This document shows, in pieces, positions 29,100-38,052 of a DNA stretch of 64,000 nt; position 1 is the stretch's first letter, and every line of letters starts with the position of its first letter. A program made the position numbers and the translations under genes. Source of the DNA: Betaproteobacteria bacterium (GTDB lineage: Bacteria; Pseudomonadota; Gammaproteobacteria; Burkholderiales; CAIKXV01); assembly GCA_947458265.1 (NCBI GenBank), contig CANGYF010000002.1, positions 121,797 through 185,796 of the forward strand, given 5' to 3'. The notes beneath the pieces are model-generated. The model was not told the DNA's origin. It did no database searches and was given only the letters and a program-made list of their open reading frames with translations.

Positions 29100-29960
29100 T
29101 CAGCCGCCGAACTCGGCCGTCGCGCTGAGCGCCACCGCTCCGGTGTCGTCCTCCGCCCAGAGCTTCGCGCTGCGCCCGTCCGGCGCAGGCTCGCCGCAGA
29201 GGGTGATCGCCCGGTTGACGAACAGCGGCCGCACGTTGCGCGACGCCATGTAGCGCAGCGGGCTGCCGGCGTTCGCGCGCGCCAGTTCGAACACCAGCAG
29301 GGTGGTCAGCCCGCCGTTCATCACCAGGGTCGGATAGCCCTCGGTGCCGGTCACGTACGGGTGGTCGTAGTGGATGCGATGGCCGTTGAAGGTAAGCGCC
29401 GAATAGCGGAACAGCATGACCGGATCCGGCGTCACGACCTGCTTCCAGACCGCCGTTCCCGGAGCGGGCACCGGCGCCGCTGCCGGCTTCGGCGCCGCCG
29501 GATCGGGCTCTTCCCGGTAGACGATGTCCTGCTCCTCGACCACGGCAAGGCCGCGCGGGCTGGAAATCTCGGTACGCACGGTCACGAACACCATCTGTCC
29601 GGACTTGCCCACCTTCGGCGTCACGCTCTGGATCACCGACTCCCGCTTCACTTCGTCGCCGACCCGCAGTTCGCCCTCGAACGTGATGCGCTTGCCTGCG
29701 AACATGCGGCGCGGCAACGGCACTGGCGGCAGGAAATCGCCGCGCTGCGGGTGGCCGTCCGGCCCGATCTGCGACTGCCGCACCACGCGCGGGAACAGGA
29801 TCGAATGCCAGCCGATCGGCAGCGGGTCACCGTCCTTCGGACGCGGATCGTCGCGATCCAGCGTGCAGGACAGTCGGTGCACCGAGGGCACGGTCACGTA
29901 GTCGATGTCGGATTCGCGGTTGCCGATCCACTCGGCGAGGCGGTCGAGGTCCTGCGTCAT
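29100..29960 (-). CDS. Double hot-dog acyl-CoA hydratase, itaconyl-/mesaconyl-CoA hydratase-like
   Basis: [48 protein letters not shown] motifs. Confidence 0.85.
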   Translation of the reverse strand: MTQDLDRLAEWIGNRESDIDYVTVPSVHRLSCTLDRDDPRPKDGDPLPIGWHSILFPRVVRQSQIGPDGHPQRGDFLPPVPLPRRMFAGKRITFEGELRVGDEVKRESVIQSVTPKVGKSGQMVFVTVRTEISSPRGLAVVEEQDIVYREEPDPAAPKPAAAPVPAPGTAVWKQVVTPDPVMLFRYSALTFNGHRIHYDHPYVTGTEGYPTLVMNGGLTTLLVFELARANAGSPLRYMASRNVRPLFVNRAITLCGEPAPDGRSAKLWAEDDTGAVALSATAEFGG

Positions 29961-30011
29961 GTATTCCTCCTGGGATGCCGGTCGAGTACGCGGGACGACC
30001 GGACCGGCCTG

Positions 30012-30026
30012 GAACCGTAACGGTTC
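30012..30026. promoter_or_regulatory. Perfect palindrome GAACCGT-A-ACGGTTC, putative operator
   Basis: 7-bp arms with a 1-bp centre, upstream of both the hydratase gene and the candidate sRNA promoter. Confidence 0.55.
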
Positions 30027-30036
30027 GTTTCAGTGC

Positions 30037-30065
30037 TTGCGGATCGTACACCGGAGGCGAATACT
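30037..30065 (+). promoter_or_regulatory. Putative sigma70 promoter TTGCGG-N17-AATACT
   Basis: -35 at 30037-30042, 17-bp spacer, -10 at 30060-30065, A at 30072 as likely +1. Confidence 0.5.
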
Positions 30066-30071
30066 GGCGTC

Positions 30072-30137
30072 ATTGCGGTCGCGGCCAGCGACGCAAGCAG
30101 CTTCAGCCGGAAGGGGTGACCCTGCCGGCTGTTTTTT
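30072..30137 (+). ncRNA. Candidate ~66-nt small RNA (5' hairpin, short linker, terminator)
   Basis: Promoter immediately upstream; hairpin TTGCgGTCGC/GCGACGCAA; terminator hairpin plus T6, on the strand opposite to both flanking genes. Confidence 0.55.
30104..30137 (+). terminator. Rho-independent terminator
   Basis: CAGCCGGaAGGG-gtga-CCCTgCCGGCTG followed by TTTTTT. Confidence 0.8.
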
Positions 30138-30159
30138 GGGACCGGGCGGGCTCGCGCGC

Positions 30160-31119
30160 CTACTCGACGGCGATGCCGGCGTTGCGGATGAGCGCACCCC
30201 AGTAGGCCAGCTCCTGGGCGATCGTCTTCGCGAACGTCGCCGGATCCTGGTACTGCGCGAATGCCCCCTGCGAATCGGCCTTTTCGCGGAACTCCCGGCC
30301 TTCGACGATGCGCCGGACCTCGTCGGACAGCCGCTTCACCACCTCCGGCGACAGGCCAGCCGGCCCCAGCAGCCCGAACCAGGAGGCCACTTCGTATTTC
30401 GGGAAGCCCGCCTCCGCCGCGGTCGGCACCGTGGGCATCGACGGATGCCGGTTGCGCGCCGCATAGGCGATCGCACGCAGCTTGCCGGCCTGCACCTGCT
30501 GGATCACGCCCGGCGGCGTGGTAATGAAGATGTCGATGTTGCCGCCCATCAGGTCGACCACGGCCGGTCCGCTGCCCTTGTAGGGCACGTGGATCATCTT
30601 CCCGCCCGCCTGCTGCTCCAGGATCTCGCCGGACAGATGCTGGATGGACCCGGCACCGGAGGAGCCGTAGCTGATCTTGCCCGGGTTTGCCCGGACCAGC
30701 TCGACCAGTTCCTTCATCGTCGTGACCCGGGTCGACGGCCCGACGGCAATCACCTGCGGTGCGTACAGGGCCATCGCGATCGGAGTGAAATCCTTGACCG
30801 GATCCCACTTCAGCCCCTTGAACAGGTGCGGGTTGCCGACATGGAAGCCGGAGAACTGCAGCAGCAGGGTGTGGCCGTCCGGCTTGGCCCGGGCGACCAG
30901 CTCGGTGCCGATGTTGCCCGAGGCACCGCCGCGGTTCTCGACCAGCACCGGCTGGCCGAGTGCCTTCGACAGCGGCTCCTGCAGCAGCCGTGCCGTGAAG
31001 TCGGTGGAACCACCGGGTACGGTGGGGACGATCATCGTCACCGGCCGCGACGGGAACGATTGCGCAGCCGCCACCGTGGACAGGCCGAGCATCGCGCCAA
31101 CGAGAATCCGCTTCATCAT
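30160..31119 (-). CDS. Bug/TctC substrate-binding protein
   Basis: Signal peptide, FPSRPV, ENRGGASG, PDGHTLL, HVPYKG. Confidence 0.93.
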   Translation of the reverse strand: MMKRILVGAMLGLSTVAAAQSFPSRPVTMIVPTVPGGSTDFTARLLQEPLSKALGQPVLVENRGGASGNIGTELVARAKPDGHTLLLQFSGFHVGNPHLFKGLKWDPVKDFTPIAMALYAPQVIAVGPSTRVTTMKELVELVRANPGKISYGSSGAGSIQHLSGEILEQQAGGKMIHVPYKGSGPAVVDLMGGNIDIFITTPPGVIQQVQAGKLRAIAYAARNRHPSMPTVPTAAEAGFPKYEVASWFGLLGPAGLSPEVVKRLSDEVRRIVEGREFREKADSQGAFAQYQDPATFAKTIAQELAYWGALIRNAGIAVE

Positions 31120-31529
31120 GGGTACTCCTCCGATTTCAGGTACTCCGATATCTCGATGAGGTTGAGGTCCGGGTCGCGAACGTAGACCGATCGGATGCGC
31201 CCGGTCGCACCGGTCCGCGGCCCCGGCCCCTCCTCGATCGGCACGCCGGCCGCCTGCAGTCGCTCGATCACGGTGTCCAGAGGCAGCGCGGCAATGAAGC
31301 ACAGGTCGAGCGCGCCCGGCACAGGCAGGTGCGCCTTCGGCTCGAACTCGCCGCCCTTCACATGCAGGTTGATCTTCTGGTTGCCGAAGCGGAAGGCCAC
31401 GCGGCCCTGCGGCAGCTCGGGCGTGACGCCGAAACGCTCGAGCTGCATGCCGAGCACCCGCGTGTAGAAGTCGATCGCTCGCCCGGCATCGGTAGTGGTC
31501 AGCACCAGATGGTCGAGATGGTCGATCAT
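31116..31529 (-). CDS. VOC/glyoxalase family protein
   Basis: IDHLDHLVLT, FYTRVLGM, QKINLH, DLCF, RTGATG.IRSVYVRDPDLNLIEIS. Confidence 0.92.
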   Translation of the reverse strand: MIDHLDHLVLTTTDAGRAIDFYTRVLGMQLERFGVTPELPQGRVAFRFGNQKINLHVKGGEFEPKAHLPVPGALDLCFIAALPLDTVIERLQAAGVPIEEGPGPRTGATGRIRSVYVRDPDLNLIEISEYLKSEEYP

Positions 31530-32521
31530 GCAGCCGCCGGTGCAGACGTTCCAGCAGCGGCGCGTGCACGCGCCTGCGCCACCGAGGCCGGCACCGGGTG
31601 CAGGTCGAGGCGCTGGCCGGCCTTCACTACCTGCCCTGGCAGCTCGTGGCCCACCAGAACACCGAGCCGGCGCGCACAGTCGAGCAGCTCCGGCAGGTCG
31701 ATGCCGGTGGCACGGCCTTCGAGCACCAGCATGTGCACCAGGTCTTCGGTGCAGACGTTGCCGGTCGCCCCGGGTGCATACGGACAGCCGCCCAGGCCAC
31801 CCAGCGAGGCATCGAACCGGTCGACCCCGGCATGCAGCGCGGCCAGCGCATTGGCGAGCCCCATGCCGCGCGTGTTGTGAACATGCAGGGTGAGCATCGC
31901 CTGCGGGAAGCGTGCGCGGAAGTCGCGGCACAGCCCGGCCACCTGCGACGGATAGGCCATGCCGGTGGTGTCGCACAGCGTCACCCCCCGCGCGCCGGCA
32001 TCAAGGAAGGTCGCGGCGAAGTCGAGTACCGTCGTCGCCGGCACCTCGCCTTCCATCGGACAGCCGAAGCTGCAGGACAACGACACGTTGGCCGGCACGC
32101 GCGCCTCCGTGGACAGGCGGATCACCTCGAGCAACTGTGCAACCGAGCCGGCGCGCGTCATGCGCAGGTTGGCCAGGTTGTGCGTCTCCGAGCAGGACAT
32201 CACCAGGTTGAATTCGTCCGGTGGCGCCGCCAGCGCGCGCTCGACGCCGCGCACGTTGGGCACCAGCACGGTGTACTCGACGCCAGGCACGCGCTCGATC
32301 CGGCGCATCACCTCGTCGGCGTCGGCCAGCATCGGGATCGCCTTCGGCGAGGTGAACGAGGTCACCTCGATCTTCGCCAGCCCGGTCCGCGACAGCGCGT
32401 CGACGAAGGCGACCTTGTCGTCCGTGGGCACAAACACCGCCTCGGCCTGCAGGCCGTCGCGCATCGCCACGTCCTGGATGAAAACGCGCGCCGGGGCAAC
32501 GCGGGCAGGGACATCCATCAT
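31526..32521 (-). CDS. HMG-CoA lyase family acyl-CoA lyase
   Basis: RDGLQ, EVTSF, DTTG, HVHNTRG, GGLGGCPYAPGATGNV.TED. Confidence 0.92.
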   Translation of the reverse strand: MMDVPARVAPARVFIQDVAMRDGLQAEAVFVPTDDKVAFVDALSRTGLAKIEVTSFTSPKAIPMLADADEVMRRIERVPGVEYTVLVPNVRGVERALAAPPDEFNLVMSCSETHNLANLRMTRAGSVAQLLEVIRLSTEARVPANVSLSCSFGCPMEGEVPATTVLDFAATFLDAGARGVTLCDTTGMAYPSQVAGLCRDFRARFPQAMLTLHVHNTRGMGLANALAALHAGVDRFDASLGGLGGCPYAPGATGNVCTEDLVHMLVLEGRATGIDLPELLDCARRLGVLVGHELPGQVVKAGQRLDLHPVPASVAQARARAAAGTSAPAAA

Positions 32522-33774
32522 TCAACCTCTCCGCCGGTATCGATCACCTTCTTCGCCGCGAGTTCGGCGATTGCCGCCTCGCTGATGCCCAGTTCGCGCA
32601 GCACCTGTGCCGTATGCAGGCCGAGCGCCGGTGCCAGCGTCGACAGGCGGCCGGGCGTCGCGGACAGCTTCGGCACCACGCCGGGGACATCGAGTTCATG
32701 GCCTTCTGCGGTGGTGATGCGCTGGATCATCCCGCGCGCACGATAGTGCGGATCCTCCGCGATGTCGCGCGCGGTGTAAATACGCCCGGCGGGCACACGT
32801 GCGCGCGTCAGGCCGTCGAGCACCTCGGCCAGCGGCAGCGTCGCCGTCCATGCGCCGATCGCGGCATCGAGTTCGGCCGCTCGCTTCGCGCGTCCGTCGT
32901 TGGACGCAAGGTCGGGCGCATCGCGCAGGTCGGGCCGGCCGATCAGGTCCATCAGCCGACGGTAGATGCTGTCGCCGTTGCCGCCGATCAGCACCGCGCC
33001 ATCGGCACAGCGGTAGGCATTGCTCGGCGCGATGCCCGGCAGCGCACTGCCCGCGGGTTCGCGCACCGCACCGAACGCGCTGTACTCGGGCAGCAGGCTC
33101 TCCATGCAGTTGAACACCGCTTCGTACAGGGCCACGTCGACCACCTGGCCCCTGCCCGCTTCCCCCGACGCCTTGCGATGGTAGAGCGCGAGCAGCACGC
33201 CGATCACACCGTGCAGCGCCGCCAGCGTGTCGCCGATCGACACGCCCACGCGCACCGGCAGCCGTCCGGGTTCACCGGACAGGTGGCGCAGCCCGCCCAT
33301 CGCCTCGGCGATCACGCCGAACCCCGGGCGGTCGGCATAGGGACCATCCTGGCCGTAGCCGGAGATGCGCAGCATGACCAGGCCGGGATTGCGTGCGGCC
33401 AGCGCCTCGTAGCCGAGGCCCCAGCCTTCCAGCGTACCCGGCTTGAAATTCTCGATCACGACGTCGGCCTCGTCTGCCAGCCGGCCGCAGAGTTCCTGCC
33501 CCTCGGCCGAGCGCAGGTCGAGGGCCACCGAACGCTTGTTGCGCGACTGCACCTGCCACCAGACGGAAGTGCCGTCCTTGAGCATCCGCCACTTGCGCAG
33601 GGGATCGCCGCTGCCCGGTGGCTCGACCTTGATCACGTCGGCGCCGAAGTCGGCCAGCATCTTTCCAGCGAAAGGACCGGCGATCAGCTGGCCGAGTTCG
33701 AGCACCCGCAGGCCCTGCAGCGGCAATGTGGCGGGTGTACCGTCCGACCCGTGGCGAGGATGACTGTCTGACAT
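32518..33774 (-). CDS. Class III CoA-transferase (CaiB/BaiF)
   Basis: IAGPFAG, GADVIKVE, RNKRSVALDL, ISGYGQDGPY, SIGDTLA. Confidence 0.93.
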   Translation of the reverse strand: MSDSHPRHGSDGTPATLPLQGLRVLELGQLIAGPFAGKMLADFGADVIKVEPPGSGDPLRKWRMLKDGTSVWWQVQSRNKRSVALDLRSAEGQELCGRLADEADVVIENFKPGTLEGWGLGYEALAARNPGLVMLRISGYGQDGPYADRPGFGVIAEAMGGLRHLSGEPGRLPVRVGVSIGDTLAALHGVIGVLLALYHRKASGEAGRGQVVDVALYEAVFNCMESLLPEYSAFGAVREPAGSALPGIAPSNAYRCADGAVLIGGNGDSIYRRLMDLIGRPDLRDAPDLASNDGRAKRAAELDAAIGAWTATLPLAEVLDGLTRARVPAGRIYTARDIAEDPHYRARGMIQRITTAEGHELDVPGVVPKLSATPGRLSTLAPALGLHTAQVLRELGISEAAIAELAAKKVIDTGGEVE

Positions 33775-33856
33775 CGTGGGACCATGCCTTGTTCCGACCC
33801 GGGCAAGCGTACCACCGTGTGGCAGGCAACCGTGCCAGGCTGCCCCGGCCCGGCGG

Positions 33857-35623
33857 TTACTCGTCGCCGGCGAGCAGCACCCGGTTGCGACCCTTGCGCT
33901 TGGCCTCGTACATCGCCTCGTCCGCGCGCGCCAGCGCCTGTGCACCGGTCTCCCCCGGGCGCATGCGGGCCACGCCCGCGCTGAAGGTGATCAGCACCTT
34001 CTCGTTGTTGTGCAGGAAGAACTGCCGGGTCAGTTCCCGCTGCAGCCGCTGGACCACCACGCGTGCATCCTCGACCGGCGTCTCGGGCAGCAGCAGGACG
34101 AACTCCTCGCCGCCGTAGCGGCCAATGGTGTCCGACGGACGCAGCATCGAGCGCACCACTGCCACGAGGTGGCGCAGGGCCCCGTCGCCCGCCTGGTGGC
34201 CGAGCCGGTCGTTGAGCTTCTTGAAGTGGTCGAGGTCGATCACGGTGAAGCACAACGACGATCGGTAGCGCTGCGCGCGCGCAACCTCCCGCTCGACCGC
34301 CTCGTCCAGCCCGCGCCGGTTCAGCGCACCGGTCAGCGCGTCCTCGCGCAGCGCCGCGCTCACGCGCGCCAGTTCTGCCTCCAGCTCGGCGACCTTCGCC
34401 CGCGCGCGCTCGGCGTGCTCGCCAACGCCGAGCACCTGGTCGCGCGATCGGGTCGCGTCGACCTGCATCCTGCGCATGTCGACCATCAGGTCGTCGAGCA
34501 GGTCGCGCAGTCCATTCACGTTGTCGGTGACCCGCACCCGCTCGGTGTAGCCGACGATGCGTGCCTGGTAGACGACCGCGCTTTGCGCCATCTCGCCGAC
34601 GCGTTCGACGAACACGCCGATCAGCTCCTTCAACGTGCGCTTCATCTCGCGCAGCGCATCCTTGAGCGCCCGCTGCCGTTCGACGGTCTCCCGGAACTGC
34701 GCCTGAGCATCGGCCAGCGTACGCGAACTCGGCGGCTGCTCCACGGTACGCTCGAGCAGTTGCACCTGCCCCGCCACCCAGCGATCGTCGTCGACCAGTT
34801 CCGCCAGGTTGGACACCAGCATGCGCACCAGCGCCATCGAATCCTCGACGATCAGCCGTTGCTCGACCTGCACCAGCTCCGCCTCGCGCAGCGCATGGCC
34901 GATCGCCGTGTCGATCGCGGCGCAATCGGCCGGGGTCGCGGCCGCGCGCACCAGCGGCGGCAGCCGGGCGACAGTACCCGCCAGCCGCGGGTAGTCGGAC
35001 ACGCGCGGCGCCAGTTCGCGCTCGAACACGGCCGCCAGCAGTTCGCGCAGCGTGTGCGCCAGGTCTTCGACAATCGGCAGCAGCGTCACGCCAGCCGCAG
35101 GCCCTTTCATCGCGGCGATGCCGTTGAATACCGGAGCATCCCGCCAGGCGGCGGGCGCAGGCGCCGCCGCGCCATCGGTGGCTTCCGGCGTCCCGGCAGC
35201 CTCGGCCGCATCGACCAGCAGCGCCCCTGGCGCCGAGGGCAGCGCCTCGCCCCATGCCTTCGTGAGCGCAGCCAGCTTCTCGCCGAGCTGCGGCGAGCGG
35301 CGGAAGCTGATCAGCAGCCGCTCGAGCCCGTCCCGCTTCTGGGTGAGCGACACGCCGGCATGGCGCAACTCGAGCTGGCGCATCAGGTCTCTGATGACCT
35401 GCGACCAGTCGGTCGCATCCGGCTCGCCTGCGGCGGCCGACGGCGCGGCAGGCAGGACCGGGACGGCCGAGGTGCCCGAGATCTCGGCATAGACCAGGAC
35501 GTAGTTCTCCGGCGTAGGCGCGATACGGCGCGACGCGAGCAGCTTCAGGGTTTCGCGGGCGAGTTCCCCCGGCGTGCGGACGGTCATGGACGGACGGGAC
35601 GACGGTACGGATTCAGGTGGCAT
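33857..35623 (-). CDS. Cytoplasmic diguanylate cyclase (coiled coil plus GGDEF)
   Basis: PTPENY N-terminus, DALTGALNRR, DLDHFKKLND..GH, RPSD I-site, GGEEF. Confidence 0.92.
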   Translation of the reverse strand: MPPESVPSSRPSMTVRTPGELARETLKLLASRRIAPTPENYVLVYAEISGTSAVPVLPAAPSAAAGEPDATDWSQVIRDLMRQLELRHAGVSLTQKRDGLERLLISFRRSPQLGEKLAALTKAWGEALPSAPGALLVDAAEAAGTPEATDGAAAPAPAAWRDAPVFNGIAAMKGPAAGVTLLPIVEDLAHTLRELLAAVFERELAPRVSDYPRLAGTVARLPPLVRAAATPADCAAIDTAIGHALREAELVQVEQRLIVEDSMALVRMLVSNLAELVDDDRWVAGQVQLLERTVEQPPSSRTLADAQAQFRETVERQRALKDALREMKRTLKELIGVFVERVGEMAQSAVVYQARIVGYTERVRVTDNVNGLRDLLDDLMVDMRRMQVDATRSRDQVLGVGEHAERARAKVAELEAELARVSAALREDALTGALNRRGLDEAVEREVARAQRYRSSLCFTVIDLDHFKKLNDRLGHQAGDGALRHLVAVVRSMLRPSDTIGRYGGEEFVLLLPETPVEDARVVVQRLQRELTRQFFLHNNEKVLITFSAGVARMRPGETGAQALARADEAMYEAKRKGRNRVLLAGDE

Positions 35624-35726
35624 GCGTGTTGCGCGGTCGACGGCAGGAAGGTGGGGCCATGCCGCGCATCCATCGGCGATCGGGCGCCGGCGCCGAAAGA
35701 CGAAGGGTAGCAGACAGCCCGGCGCA

Positions 35727-37112
35727 TCACCGGCGCGCGCGCCAGCTGCGCGCCTGCACGCCGGCGGCCACCAGCAGGCCGTACAAGGCCAGCCCGGTCG
35801 CCACCGCTGCGAACACGCCCGGCAGGCCGAGCCCGAGGGGGCCCGCAGCCTGCGCACCGCCACCCGCCGCGCAGGCGATGCGCGCGATCGCGGCGGCAAA
35901 CGGCCAGCGCATGCGCCCGGCACCCTGGCTCGCGAAGTACAGGGCCATGCCCAGGCCGAGCAGCGCATAGGCCGGGCCGATGATGCGCAGGGCCAGCCGT
36001 GCGATGCGCGCCACCTCCGGATCGGCGGTGAACAGCCCGATCCACGCGTCCGGGAACAGCGCCGCCGCCAGGCCGATCGCGGCACAGGCGGCGCATACGA
36101 CCCATGCGCCGCGCCAGGCCAGCGCCAGCGCTAGCGACCATTCGCCGGCACCGACGCGGCGCCCGACCCGCTGGGTCAGCGTCGCACCGATGCCGAACGA
36201 CAGCGGAACCATCAGGAATTCCAGCCGGGCCGCGATGCCCCAGGCGGCGATCGCCGCCGGACCGAACCCGGAGATCAGCGCGGTGACCGCGACCGTGGTC
36301 AGCACCGCCAGCGTCGCCATCGCCGAAGCGACGACACCCACCGACAGGATGCGCATGAACAGCTCGCCGCGCAGCGGGCCCCACAGCCGCGGCACGAAGC
36401 CACAGCCACCCGCCATCACGTTGCGCAGCAGGAAGCCTGCCGTGACCGCGAACACGATGCAGTAGGCGACCGGCAGTCCGATGATGCCCAGGGCCGGCAA
36501 CGGCCCGAAACCGAACATCAGCGCCGCGCCGAGCACCGGTTGGACCAGCCAGGCGATGGCGATCAGGCGGGCCGGCATCGCCATCACCCCGGCACCGCGC
36601 AGCACCGAGGCCAGCGTCGCCACCAGCCATTGCAGCGGCACGCCGACGAACAGCACGCTCGAATAGAGCACGGCCGTGTCGAGCACCGTGCCGCGCGCGC
36701 CGATCGCCTCGAAGAGCTGCCGTCCGCCCAGTTCCATCGCCGCGAAGAACAGCAGCCCGAGCCCGCCGCCGATCAGCAGTGCATGCCGGATCAACGCAGC
36801 CGCTTCGTCCTGCCGCCCGGCCCCGAGCGTACGCGCCACCGCCGAACTCACGCCGCCACCCATCGCACCGGTGGACATCATGTTCATCAGCAGCGCGAAC
36901 GGCAGCACCAGCGCATAGGCCGCCAGCGCCTCGGTGCCGAACCGCCCGACCAGTGCGGTCTCGGCGATCAGCGCGCCAACCTGCGCGAAGCCGACCAGCG
37001 TGGTCGGCAGCGACTGGCGCAGCAGCGGCCCGACCCGCTCGTCGGCAGCACCGTCCGCCCTCTCCCTGCCGCCAGCTGCACCGGAGGCCATGGCTGGCGA
37101 TCGGCCGGTCAA
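35727..37112 (-). CDS. MATE family efflux transporter
   Basis: About 12 hydrophobic segments, VGRFGTEALA, GAMGGGVSSAVAR.LGAG, RLEFLMVP; TTG start overlaps the upstream stop (alternative ATG 37092). Confidence 0.88.
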   Translation of the reverse strand: MTGRSPAMASGAAGGRERADGAADERVGPLLRQSLPTTLVGFAQVGALIAETALVGRFGTEALAAYALVLPFALLMNMMSTGAMGGGVSSAVARTLGAGRQDEAAALIRHALLIGGGLGLLFFAAMELGGRQLFEAIGARGTVLDTAVLYSSVLFVGVPLQWLVATLASVLRGAGVMAMPARLIAIAWLVQPVLGAALMFGFGPLPALGIIGLPVAYCIVFAVTAGFLLRNVMAGGCGFVPRLWGPLRGELFMRILSVGVVASAMATLAVLTTVAVTALISGFGPAAIAAWGIAARLEFLMVPLSFGIGATLTQRVGRRVGAGEWSLALALAWRGAWVVCAACAAIGLAAALFPDAWIGLFTADPEVARIARLALRIIGPAYALLGLGMALYFASQGAGRMRWPFAAAIARIACAAGGGAQAAGPLGLGLPGVFAAVATGLALYGLLVAAGVQARSWRARR

Positions 37113-37966
37113 CGCGCGGGCGACATCCGGAAATCGAACTCGACCAGCGCGAACGGGTTGGGCAGGCGATGGCGCGCAGCCTCTTCCGGCGCATCGCGCG
37201 TCACGAACGGCACCGCGAGCGAGGCGCGCACCCCGAACACCGCGTCCTGTTCGATGTAGGGGTCATCGGCCGGGAACAGCTCGGTGGTGAGCGGTGCGAA
37301 GCCATCGGCCAGCACCCGGAAGTGGAAGTGCGCCGGACGCCAGGCGTGCCGTCCGCCGGCGCGCAGCAGTCCGCCCACCGGACCATCGTACGGGACCGTA
37401 TAGGGCGCGGGCCGCACCGTGGTGAACGCGTAGACGCCGTCGTCGCCGAGTGGCATCCGGAAGCGCAGGTTGTCAGGGCTCTGGGTCGGATCCTGCTGCC
37501 AGTAGTGCCCGAGGGCATTGGTCTGCCAGAAATCGATCGTCGCGCCGCGCACCGGCCGCCCCTCGAGGTCGAGCACCCGTCCCCGGACCAGCACCGGCGG
37601 GCCGGCGTTGTCACGGATCAGGTCGCCGCCGACCGGCAGCATCGGCGACCCCTCGGCGTGGAAGGGCCCGAGCACGCTGCGCTCGGTCGCGCCGGGCACG
37701 CCCTGCAGCAGGTCGGTCAGCGAGGTCAGACCGAGGATGTCGGAGGCCAGCACGAACTCGTTGCGCTTGTCGTCGGTGATCGCCGCCGCCGCGGTGAGGA
37801 ACGCAATGCCGGCACGCCATTCCTCGGGCCTGAGTTCGACCTCGCGTGCAAACGCGTGCAGGTGGCGCACCAGCGCGCCGATCACTTCCTTCATGCGCGG
37901 ATCACCGGCGCCTTCGAACGAAGCGATGACGGCATCGGTCAGGGTATTGCGGTCGATACCTTGCAT
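37109..37966 (-). CDS. Intradiol ring-cleavage dioxygenase (hydroxyquinol/catechol 1,2-dioxygenase type)
   Basis: LHAFAREV, SDILG, VLGPF, DFWQ...GHY, PAPY.VPYDGP.G, WRPAHFHF (Tyr/Tyr/His/His iron ligands). Confidence 0.9.
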   Translation of the reverse strand: MQGIDRNTLTDAVIASFEGAGDPRMKEVIGALVRHLHAFAREVELRPEEWRAGIAFLTAAAAITDDKRNEFVLASDILGLTSLTDLLQGVPGATERSVLGPFHAEGSPMLPVGGDLIRDNAGPPVLVRGRVLDLEGRPVRGATIDFWQTNALGHYWQQDPTQSPDNLRFRMPLGDDGVYAFTTVRPAPYTVPYDGPVGGLLRAGGRHAWRPAHFHFRVLADGFAPLTTELFPADDPYIEQDAVFGVRASLAVPFVTRDAPEEAARHRLPNPFALVEFDFRMSPAR

Positions 37967-37990
37967 AGGTCGCCTCACGGACTCAGGAAT

Positions 37991-38022
37991 CGGCACGGAT
38001 CGGGGTCTGACCCCAGGGTCAG
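37991..38022. repeat. Partial REP-like element (GGGGTCTGACCCC core)
   Basis: Shares CGGCACGG..ATCGGGGTCTGACCC with the element at 50889-50967. Confidence 0.6.
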
Positions 38023-38052
38023 TCGGCCCACAGTCGGCCCTCAGTCAGCCTT
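38020..38052. repeat. Three copies of an 11-bp tandem repeat at the Bug stop codon
   Basis: cagtcggccca cagtcggccct cagtcagcctt. Confidence 0.65.
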
